The position numbers and the translations under genes were made by a program. A DNA stretch of 64,000 nt, from contig OZ176058.1 of the NCBI GenBank assembly GCA_964247055.1, positions 1,116,001 to 1,180,000 on the forward strand, in the 5' to 3' direction. This document shows, piece by piece, positions 11,600 through 23,277 of the stretch; the stretch's first letter is position 1, and every line of letters starts with the position of its first letter. This DNA is from Paragordius varius. Lineage: Eukaryota; Animalia; Nematomorpha. Below the pieces are notes generated by a model. That model searched no databases and had not been told where the DNA came from. It was given only the letters and a program-made list of their open reading frames with translations.

Positions 11600-13832
11600 C
11601 GCTGTGTTCACGACACATCGAAACCCCTAACACATTCGTACAATCGTTGTGAAGAGCCATGAACTTAATAACAAATGTCCTGCCTGCCTCTATCGCAATG
11701 AATGCGAATAACCCAACCACTTCGCTAAAATGTGTAAATCAAGAAACGCTGCCAAGAGTATATTCAACCGCCAGATCCATAGAGAAGCAATGCCAATGTC
11801 ACCATTAGGGTTGTGCATTTGACTGCTTTTTCAAAAAAGTCCGGTCAGACCCGGTCAGACCATGGTCATGACCGTGGTCATGACCACTTTGTTTAAGTAA
11901 ATACAATGCGATATTGGATTATGAAATTACTTCTGAATTTTCAAATACCTAGCTTTTAATACTCGATATTTCAAATAAAATTTTTCCTGTTTCTTTTACA
12001 CTTTCTTTGATCATTGCAATATCCAATTATAAAATGTTTTTTCATTTTATTAGTTCACATATATGGAATAATTGAATATTTTATAAAAAGTTGGATTGTT
12101 TTCTTTTTCGAAATAACTGGATATGCTTAATGCATGTTTAACATTTTAAATTTTTAAATAAGAAAATTTAAATAATTATATATTTTTTTTATAATATATT
12201 AAAAAATTTACTAGTTTTCTTCCAAAAAAATTACCAGCAATTTTTCAAAAAACAGCTGAAATGACCATGGTCAAAAAATAAATAGTCACTGACCGGGTCA
12301 TGACCCGGTCACATGACTTGTTCAGCACAACCCTAGTCACCAGGGACAGTAAGAATAATGATAACATAACAGAACGGGAATTTATCTACGACGCAGGAGC
12401 CGATATCAGTGTAGTTTGAGAAAAGGAAGCAAGTTGGTATGCTAAACATTAGATTCATATAGTAAAAGCCTACAATAAAAGTATAGTACCCATACTGGGC
12501 GTAACAACAGTTACAGTGTAAATGAATGGGCAAAATTTGGGGAAGTTGTCTACTGAAAGAAAGGATATCAAAGGCACCTCTCATTCATGGCTTGGATTGG
12601 ATAACGAGATTTAACATCAACATTCCTAAGAAACTATTAATACTGCCTTATGGTCTTACCGTAACTTCCACGCTACAACGAAAGATAGTCCCTTTCAAGC
12701 TGCTCTTTAAACGAGTATTCCAAATACCATTGACCTAGATAATCACGATGAAAACAACAGCCTTAGACGCACACCATCTGCGTCGTGAATTCTCTCCATA
12801 GACTAACGGTTAATGATTTAAAAACGAACAGGGGTCCGGATGGCGAGCAGGCTAGGTCGTCTATAGAACCGGTCATTTTTCTTAGGGTGTATGGGATTAG
12901 GGAAACAATAAGATGATCAGAAAGCACGCGTATCAGATAAAACACGTAGTGTCACCCTCCAACTTAACTACACCGGTTACTCTAAACTATAGTAATGACA
13001 TTAGTATAATGACAAAAACAGTAATATTTCATATCTCATCAATTATTTTTACTTTATACTTTAGATTATAGTTATATTTTAATTATATTTTTTTACTTTT
13101 GACAAAGATTACTAGTAGTAATCGAAAATTCATCCCAATTTATATAATTTTATCTGAATTCTAATTGCAATATAATAATGGTAACAGTACAGATAATAAT
13201 CATAATAAAAGTATTGACAAAAATCTGTATATTTATAAAAATGGAAAATGCTGGCTTTGTGATCTGTTTCCGGAAAACCGGTAAACCCATTCGAATCCAA
13301 ATGTCAAAAAAATATTATTATCACTGAATGCCCCGACAATAGCTTGGCCCTTTTTTTGAATTAGGCCCCCAGTTCGGGCCCACTCGGTGTAAAACGGGTT
13401 TTTTTGATAATGATATGAAATAAATGATAATAATTTAATGAAATTAGTATTAATAATATAAATAGTAATAATGACAAAAATTAATGAAATTCCGATCAAA
13501 CGTTGTTACCGTAAGAGAATTCGTCAGAAGCCGGTGCGGTTTTACTAGGGGTGTAGTGATGTTATATATGCGAATCTTAGATATATATTTTGTTTGTACA
13601 CTATAATTTTTTGTGAGAATTGCCTTGTCTTATTTTCATATATTTTTTGTACTATGTAAATACCATATCCTGTGTTACTCAAAATTTTATTGTTATAATG
13701 CATATTATGTTCATTCAAAAATAATATATATATAAAGCACAAAAAAACCGAATAAATATCTTTTTAAATTTTACTTTTTATACCTTTGTTACCTTACCTT
13801 TTAACAATAGTAATGACAATAATATAATGATA
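11600..13832 (+). mobile_element. Second, 5'-truncated copy of the gypsy remnant, interrupted by a hAT element
   Basis: Aligns to 6585-8066. Contains the zinc knuckle remnant, EFIYDAGADISV, MIRKHAYQIKH and pol end RKRIRQKPVRF, then TGTAGTGATG at 13552. Confidence 0.85.
11806..12335. mobile_element. Non-autonomous hAT element (530 bp)
   Basis: TIRs TAGGGTTGTGC / GCACAACCCTA. 8-bp TSD GTCACCAT / GTCACCAG. Subterminal GGTCA(T)GACC motifs. The empty site is visible at about 6789 in the other gypsy copy. Confidence 0.92.
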
Positions 13833-15039
13833 CAGTCATGTATTCTTTATTTTATCAAAATTTTATATATTTTTTCGTTAAATGGGTATAAATATTTGGT
13901 AAATAATGGTTAAAACAAGAGAACTCTATGGTATTAACAATATCATTCTCACAAGGGTGTAGTGATGTTATATATGCAAATTATATATAATAATTTTAGT
14001 TATGATACAGTCATGTATCCTTTATTTTATCAAAAATTTATTTATTTTTTTGTTAAATGGTATAAATAATTGGTAAAGAATGGTTAAATCAAGATAGCTC
14101 TATGGTATCAATATCATATTCATCAAAAAGTATAAAAATTACCACAGAGCTCTTTCTAGTTTTTCCATTCTTTACCAAATATTTATACCCAATTAACGAA
14201 CAAAAATAAATTTTTATAAAATAAATGATACAGATCTGTAATATTTCCATAGTCTATATTTTTTGTTTTGTATATAACATATTTATTAGTTACTTGTATA
14301 TCCTTATATGTAATGGAAATTTTATTTGTCTTATTTGATATGAAAAATTAGTTTCACTTAAAATTAGTATATATAAACCACGAAAAAATAATAAATATCT
14401 TTCTAATTTTTACTTATTAATTATTATCATTTCAACTTTATGTTTCGTATTTATCCGAAAAAGTTTATATAGATGCAAAAAATCATACAATTAAGCGTTA
14501 TAATTTAAAATAAAAAATAATTAGAAAATAATTTCTCTAATTAGATGCTGCACAAAAATATACGTCATCTACTTATTGGAGCGTTTTCCAATTTCATATT
14601 TTATAATAAGTTTAAAAATTGAGATTTTATACGGAAAAAATGTTAAGGTAAAGACAAATATTTTTTTTTGAAAAACTGCTATACTTTTTTACATAATTTT
14701 TTAAAACTTATTAAATTAAGAATACGTAATAGAGATGTAAATAGGTTATACAATCTATTATATAATTTAATATTACTGATTAAATATTAAACCTTAATAT
14801 GGATGGTGTCTTTTGGAAAAAAATTTATTATTTAGGTTTAGTTTACATTTTTGTCTGTATAATAAAGTTTAAAATTTTACGATGCAAAAAACGAAATCTG
14901 TATATACCTTCAAAACCCTTCTCTTATAATTCAAATTCACCCTCGAACAAATCAAGTTCAACCTAAAATAAATCTTGTGTTTTTTGAGATAAAATTTCTA
15001 TATTGTTTAATATGTTAAAAGTTAAATTTTTTTTAAATG

Positions 15040-15718
15040 CAACTATTTACCGATCTTGTTTATGTCGCCATCTTTGTTTAAGTTAATCATTAAAGCCTTG
15101 TTCTCTCCGATCATCATTATTCACACAAATAATAGTTTAGTTACAATTTAAATTTAATTTCAAAATTAGAATATAATTTGAAACAACAAAATGATTTGCA
15201 TAGATCTTTTATTGATTATTTTAATCAGCTGATCGCGTAATCCGCTATCTGCCTGCAATTAATTCAGCATGTTATACATGGATTAATGAAACCTTCTTTA
15301 ACCGAAAACAATCCTCACTAGTGAAATTCTTTATAAAATGTAGTTGATATTTCATTCTTTATTTTTAAAATCCATCAATTTTTATGAATATTAAATATTA
15401 AAATACTAATATATTATAACCTTATTAAAATATATAAAAATAATATTTACGATTATTTTATTAGCCTTTCAAACAGCTGATCTAATTATTATGCGCCATC
15501 CCAAATCAGCATGGTGGACATTTTCAATGAAGTTTTGTTTAACAGGACCTTCGCATTTTTATTTTTGCATAACTAGATTATTGGGTATTGGATAAAATAT
15601 CAACAAAATATATATTTATAATAATATCAGAATTTAACAAAAACACAAGTAAAAATAATTTTTAGCTATATCTATCAGAGCTGATCCGGTAGATTTACGC
15701 CATCTCGAAGTGCCTAAA
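15040..15718 (-). repeat. Tandem partial TSP1-exon/3' UTR repeats (second array)
   Basis: About three decaying units homologous to 9680-10907. Confidence 0.7.
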
Positions 15719-15855
15719 TCAGCATGGTTTGCATTGTTCAATGAATCCTTGTTTAACTGGACATCTCCAATCATCATAAATGCAAGTCCTTGCGCGACGT
15801 TGAAAACCTTCAGATCGAGAACACCCACCCCACCTACCCCAGGGGTGATACCAAC
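15719..15855 (-). other. Second copy of the TSP1 terminal exon (intact)
   Basis: ctag| acceptor, 137 nt. Peptide is identical to 18538-18674, with 4 synonymous and 0 non-synonymous differences. Confidence 0.85.
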
Positions 15856-16189
15856 CTAGGAAACAATTTTTTTATTTTATTTTTATTAAAATGATTTTAT
15901 TTTTTGATAATTTTTTTTTTAGATAAAATAATTTGATATCTTAAATTAACCATATATATTTTAGTTAATTAATTTGTTTTTATTAAGATAAAATATTATA
16001 ATAACCTATATATTTTTTTATAAATATCCATTTTTTGGTTCATTCATATTTTCCTAAAATTTTTTTACATATATATTATTTTTTTATTTTATAATAAAAA
16101 AAAAATAATAATTAATAAAATATTATATTTTTAAATGATTTTTATATTCTAATTATAATCATTTATATATTTTAAATTAAAATTAATAC

Positions 16190-16244
16190 GATCATATATT
16201 GTTGGATCACGTCTGCATTTTCAACATGCAGTATCCCAATATTT
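16190..16244 (-). pseudogene. Duplicate of TSP1-gene exon 3 with a 4-nt deletion
   Basis: Same acceptor (atatag|) and donor (GATC|gtatt) as 19565-19507, but 55 nt instead of 59, so the frame shifts. Confidence 0.75.
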
Positions 16245-17574
16245 CTATATCTAAATCAAATTCAATATCAACTAATTTTAAACTCATCAAATATTGAAAC
16301 TCTACGGACAAAACGTAATAATATAGAAATATTTTTTTAAATTAAATGCTATATTTTTTAAAATTTGATTTCGATTGTTAAATACATGAATAAATATACA
16401 ATATACATCGCTTATTCAAACTTTGCAATTTTAACCATGAGTTATATAAAAAAATATCTTTATTTTACGTTTTGTCCATTTTAAATCTTGCGTACTTTAA
16501 TGTTATAAACACTATAATTATAAAAAAATGCACAATAAGAAATTTATTAGCTTGAAATATAATTAATACAATAGGAAAAAAATATTTTTTATTGTGTTTT
16601 TTTCCGTATTTAAAAATTTTTCATTTTCTACTTAATAATTTTTTATATGTCATCAAATAAAAGACTGTTTTAACATGTATAAATATTTTATTGTTGAGAT
16701 ATATATAAAAAATTGAAATATTTAACCTTATGCAAAAATGCAACCTCACTCTAAAACTATATATAATGGAACATAGTTTTTTATGAGATATAAATAAATT
16801 CCCTTTTTTTTCGCTTATTACAATCCGAAATAGTCTATATAGATGCAAATAATCATAAAATTAAGTCTTATAATTTTTAAATAAAAATAAATTCAAAATT
16901 TCATTTAATCTAATTAAGTTCAGAAATATACGTCATCTACTTATTGGTCTATTTAAGCGTTACCAATTTCATATTTAATAATTAGTTAAAAATGATATAT
17001 TATACGGACAAATGTCAACATAAAGACAAATATATTTTTTGAAAAACTGCTATACTTTTTTGACATAATTTTTAAAATATTTTATTAAATTACAGAATAT
17101 GAAATAGAGATGTAAATAGGTAATAAGATCCATTATATAATCTAAAATTATATATATGTAGTATTAAAAATTAAATCTTAATATGGTGTCTTTTGAAAAA
17201 AATATTTTTTAGGTTTAGTTTACATTCGTATAATAATGTGTATAAAATTTTACGATACAGAAAACGAAATCTGTATATACCAATTACAATTCAAATTAAC
17301 CCTTCTCTTATAATTCAACACCCTTGAACACTTAAATTACCCTAAAATAAATTATGTGTTGTTATTGAATATATTATTTAATATTTGAAAAATTAAAATT
17401 TTATTGTTAAATTAAAATAATACTGGAAAAATAATAAACTATGCTTAATGATCTATTCCATATAAATGATGAGTTATATTACCCCAAAACACATAATTAT
17501 TTTTAGGGTAAATTTGAAATTTTCAAGGGTAATTTAATATTTGTAAATAATGTGTAATTTTATTTATTATATTC

Positions 17575-18537
17575 ATAGGCTGTTAGCCCGCAACTATTTA
17601 CCTATCTTGTTTATGTCGCCATCTTTGTTTAATTTAATCATTAAAGCCTTGATCTCTCCGATCATCATTATTCACACAAATTATAGTTTAGTTCAAAGAT
17701 ATAAATTAAAAACTTGGAATTTAATTTGATAAAACAACAAAATGTATAGATCTATTATTGTTATTTTAATCAGATGATGTCGTAGATATGCGCTCTTTGT
17801 TTATTCAGCATGGTTTACTTTGTTCAATAAATCCTTAGTTAATCGGAAAAATCCAATCTTCATTATTGCACTTCTTTTTAAATTCAGTTGATGTTTCATT
17901 CTTTAGTTTTATATTCCAATTTTCAATTTTTAAAATAGGAATATAAAAATAAAGGCGAAATCTATGTATTAAAAATAGTATAAAACACCAAAAATCATAT
18001 TTATTTATGGTTATTTTATTAGCTTTTAAACAGCTGATCTGGTTGATATACGCCATCTAATGCCTAAATTTACATGGTTGACATTGACTGAAGCTAACAG
18101 GACATCTCCTATCCTCATAAATACATTTTTATTTTTACTTTTATTTTTACACAACTAGATTGGGTATTGGATACTATATAATATTAGGCAATTTTATTTA
18201 ATATAATATCAAAAATTAACAAAAACACAAGTAAAAATTAATTATTTAGCTATATCCAACAGCTGATCTAAGAGATTTACGCCATTTCGTCCTGCCTTAA
18301 TCAGCATGGTTTGCATTGTTCGATGAATCCTTGTTTAACTGGACATCTCCAATCATCATAAATGCATTTTTATTTTTACAAAACTACATCATTGTTTTCT
18401 GAGATATATCAAATATAATATTAACATATAAAATTTATTATAATATCACAAATCAACAAAAACACAAGTGAAAATCAATTATTTAGCTATTTCCATCAGC
18501 TGATCTTGTATATTTACGCCATCTCACCATGCCTTAA
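17575..18537 (-). repeat. Tandem partial TSP1-exon/3' UTR repeats (array of the complete gene)
   Basis: About four units. The unit at about 18260-18365 still reads CIYDDWRCPVKQGFIEQCKPC*; distal units are decayed. Confidence 0.8.
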
Positions 18538-20549
18538 TCAGCATGGTTTGCATTGTTCGATGAATCCTTGTTTAACTGGACATCTCCAATCATCATAAAT
18601 GCAAGTCCTTGCGCGACGTTGAAAACCTTCAGAACGAGAACATCCGCCCCACCTACCCCAGGGGTGATACCAACCTATGATACATTTTTTTATTTTATTT
18701 TTATTTTTTAATTGGTTTTTTGAAACTTATAACTTATATTAGCCATAATTTTATTTTAATTGTGTTTTTTTAAAAATTGATATCTTAAATTAATCATATA
18801 TTAGTTAATTAATATTCTATTAATTGGGTTTTTTGAAAAAATGATATCTTAAATTAACCATATGTATTTTATTAATTAATAATCTTTTTTCAATTAGATA
18901 AAATAATTTGATGTCTTAAATTAACCATATATATTTTAGTTGATGGATATTTTATTTTTATTTAAATTGAAAATTATAACTTATATAAACCATAAATATT
19001 TTAGTTAATTAATGGTTTTTTTATTTAGATATAATAATTTATCTAAAATTAACCATATATATGTTAGTTAATTAATAATTTATTAATTGGGTTTTTTGAA
19101 AAAATAATATCTTAAACTAACCATATATATTTTAGTTGATTAATATTTTTTATCAGGATAAAATAATTTGATAACTTAGATTAACCATAATATATAAGCT
19201 AATTAATTAATCTTTTTTTTATTTAGATAAAATAATTTGATATTTTAAATTACCATATATATATATATATATTAATAAATTAATATTTTTTTATTTAGAT
19301 AAAATAATTTTATAAACTATATATTTTTTAAAGAAATGAATTTTTTGGTGCATTTATATTTGACAATACAATATTAAACGTGTAATTATTACTCTTTTAT
19401 TTAATTGGCATAAAATCTATAAAAAATTGCTTTAAACATCATTTATGTAATATCGTTTATTAAATATTCAAAATAAAAATAATTTTTATAAAAATATAAA
19501 AAATACGATCATATATTGTTGGATCACGTCTTATGGCATTTTCAACATGAAGCCTCCCAATATTTCTATATCAAAATCAAATTCAGTATCAGCTGATCAT
19601 TAATTATTGAAACTCTACGGACAAAACTTAAAAATATAGAAAGTTTTTTAAAAGACAACTAACTATCTTTTTTAATCTTATATTTTTTATATAAATTTGA
19701 TTTTAATTGTTAAATTCATGATTAAATATATAATATACCATCTATAATTCGTATTTGCAAAATCATGAGTTATATAAAAAAACATCTCTTTATTTTACGT
19801 TTTGTCCATTTTAAATCTTGCGTACTTTAATGTTATAACCACTATAATTTTAAAATGCACAATAAGATATTATTGGCCTGAAATATAATTTTATATCCAA
19901 TAGCGAAAAAATTTTTTGAATGTGTTTATTTCCGTAATACATAATAAATGTCATCAAAAGACTTTTTTTAACAAACATGAATATTTTATTGTTGATATAT
20001 TTTATATATTTTGAATAAAAATAAATTTAATTTTTTAAAAACAGCTGTGTAACTCACCCCATTAAATGTGCGGTCGTGAAAGATGGACACCTCCATACGA
20101 CATTGTCTGTATATTGGCGTCTCTGTTGTTTCCGAATATCTTAAACACAATATCATCAAATTTATAAACTATATTTTACAATAACAATCGAAATAATACA
20201 GGAATGTAATAATGATATTTTCAAAACACATCTAAACTTTTTTAAACCTTGACTTTTCCTATATCCAACTTGACTTTCCATTTCAATCAAATATTAAAAA
20301 TTAAAGCGGTTGCTCTTTATAATTTTATTAAATACATCTATTAGCGTTTCCAGACTCCATCATAGAAGCTTTGCCATATTTCTGTGCTTTTAAATCATTT
20401 TTCATTCCAGTTTTTCGAATTCTATTGGAATAATAAAAATTATCGTTCCCTTCGTAATTTTGATTAAAATTATGGTTATAAAATCCAAATTGCACCCCAA
20501 TATTTATTGCAAATATTAGTAATATAATAATATATGAATATGGGCACAT
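18538..20549 (-). CDS. Small secreted protein with a single C-terminal thrombospondin type-1 repeat (163 aa, 4 exons)
   Basis: Exons 20549-20336 (214 nt), 20139-20058 (82), 19565-19507 (59) and 18674-18538 (137). All GT-AG and phase-compatible, 492 nt in total. N-terminus MCPYSYIIILLIFAINIGVQF looks like a signal peptide. C-terminus WYHPWGRWGGCSRSEGFQRRARTCIYDDWRCPVKQGFIEQCKPC has the WxxWxxW, CS and RxRxC pattern of a TSR. Confidence 0.85.
18710..19330. repeat. ~60-bp AT-rich minisatellite in intron 3 of the TSP1 gene
   Basis: About 10 units of the same motif as 11100-11510. Confidence 0.75.
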
Positions 20550-23277
20550 TGTTAAATTTTGAATGAGCAGATTAATATATCGAAACGGATTTTTTGAAGC
20601 TATTTATATATTAAAAATTGAAAATCATCCAAAAGAATTATGTAAGGTAAAAAATTTGTTTATAAATAATTATTTTGGTTTGAAAAATTATTATAAAATA
20701 TATTGACGTTAAAAATCAGTTTTTTCAATTAATGGTAATAATGGTTGAAATGTATTGTTAATGATATATTTAGAATGTTCGATAATATACATATATGTAT
20801 ATAATTAGTACATTTAAGTTAAAAACACCTATTTTTAAAGTTAATTTTTATAAATGTATGATTGAACTCCAAAAATCGGCTATATCTTATATAATTCTAT
20901 ATGTAAACAATACTGCGTCCTAAAATCGGGGGTATAAAAAATAATTTGATGAAATATATATATATGTATATATTGTGGTAAGAAAATGTATCAGTATTGT
21001 CATGTTGGTTTTGGTTTTCGCCCTTATGAGCCATATAAGTAATTTATTAAAACTTTTGTGGTAAGTGCTGCTCCATATCAGAAAATGCCATTTGAGCACA
21101 TGTTTGTGTTAATTTTTTTAGTAAAATCTAAATTCTTTATTCCAAAAAATATCACTAAATTATATCAACTACCTAAAAAAAGCAAAACAATATTAAAATA
21201 TTTTAATTTTTACATGTGGACTCCAAAAGTCGCAAGGCTCCTCTAAAATGGGCTATTTTATAATAAACAAAAAAATGCCTGGATTGCGCGATAAAATTTT
21301 ATATATGATAAATTTTGTTATCAAAAATATTTTTAAAAATGTATGCTTTTTACAAAAATTTATTTTTTAGCAAACTTTTGTTGAAGCGTACTTCATTCTA
21401 TTTGGCCTGATAGAAACGGTAAAAAAACGATTTTACTTATTAAAAAAAATACCTTTTCTATATAGTTTGATGATGCGGAACTATCACCGCAGATTGATTA
21501 AAATATTCATTAGTTTTTAAATTTTGTAACATTAAAATTTTAAACGAACCTTTAATTTATGATTCAGAAGCGATAGAAATGTGCAGCATTATCAAATCAT
21601 ATAGACAAATAGTTTTTTTATATCTTAAACACTTATTATATCATTTTCATATCTGGAAATAGTATGAACCAGCTTTATCAAAATTTTGCTAAAAAATAAA
21701 TTTTTATAAAAACTATGCAATTTTAAAAAATATTTTTATTCATGTCCAAATTATGCATATATTTAAATAATTTATCGCGCAATCTCGTTTTTACTTTTAT
21801 TTTAATAAAACTAGTCCATTTTAGAAGAAAAAAATTTGATTACGGAGCCCAGGTCTTAAAATTAAAATATATTAAGAAATATTGTTCAGCTTTTTATAGG
21901 TTGTTTATGATACACTTTGGTTATATTTTTTGGAATAAAGTATTTAGCTTTCATCAAAAGAATTTTATTACAAAAAATATGCTCAAATTTTGCCATTTGA
22001 TATGGAGCTCCTACCATAAAATTGAAAATATAACTTTCTAATATATCATTTGCAATTTTTCATCCTCGAACCTATCAAATACCCTGAAACAATTCGAATT
22101 CTGCTAAAAATTTATGTGTTTTCCGGCTAATATAACTCATAAATATTAGTTTATTATTTTTGAACAAAATATTATCTTTTAAAATTATTAATAGCAGATT
22201 AGTCTTATTCAACGCATAATTGATTTTAGAGTGAATTTTGGTCTGAGGTTAAATTTCATTTGGCCATTTGAAGTGTAAATGGTATATCACCCATAAGGAC
22301 CAAAACAGAATGAAATTCTTGATATTTTTTTTCAGAATTAAAATATTTATAAAAAAATTTTATACGCCGCGATTTAAACGCAATGTTATTAGCGACCTCA
22401 AATGGCCATAAAGTTAACAATCAATAATGCACACATATTAATTTATTTAATAAATTATAGAGAATTGATTGATGGGTATAATAAGTTTAATAATATATAT
22501 TTATTAATAACAAATATTTAATGTTTTCCATAATTTTTTCAAATTTATTAAATTATTTATTAATATATACATATATATATTATCAAGAGACAAACATGTG
22601 TTCGTTTTTGACTGGTACAAAAGCGAATTGCATTGGTCGGTTAAAATTAACCCTAATTATATTTATATAATTTTTTTAAAAATAACATGTTTTATTAGGA
22701 GGAAAAGGGTACTTTATGGTGAAAATAAGTTAATGGATAGCAAATTTATTCGGATGCTAACGATATCAATAGAGGCATGAATAAACTTTTCTAATTCTAC
22801 ATTTTTTTCTAAAATACAAAAATTTGAGTGTACTATAGAATGTAATAAAGTTTAGATATTTTATGATTAGCGCGTTTGTGATACCATTAGTAAGCTTTTT
22901 TTAAATAATAACATTTTATTGTTAACACACAAATTATATTAGGTTCAATAGGGTTGTACGTTTTAAGCTCGATTGAAGCGACGTTTAAACGAAAACAAGT
23001 GGACCCAAAGCACCGGGTGGGATGGATTATATCAAACCTTTTTGATTTTCCAATAAATGAGGCAGAATAAATTTAGTGTATAATAACTTTGTTATCATGA
23101 GTTTTTAGTGCGTTACTTCTTCAAATAAAGATTTTGATTTCAATTTTGTTACTTTATTCGATGCATCAGTGAATAAATATTTACACCTAAACTATCGAGC
23201 ATATAAAAATATATAGTTTTTATAAATTTATTCAAAGTTTGAGTATATATATATATATATATATATATATACTAATG

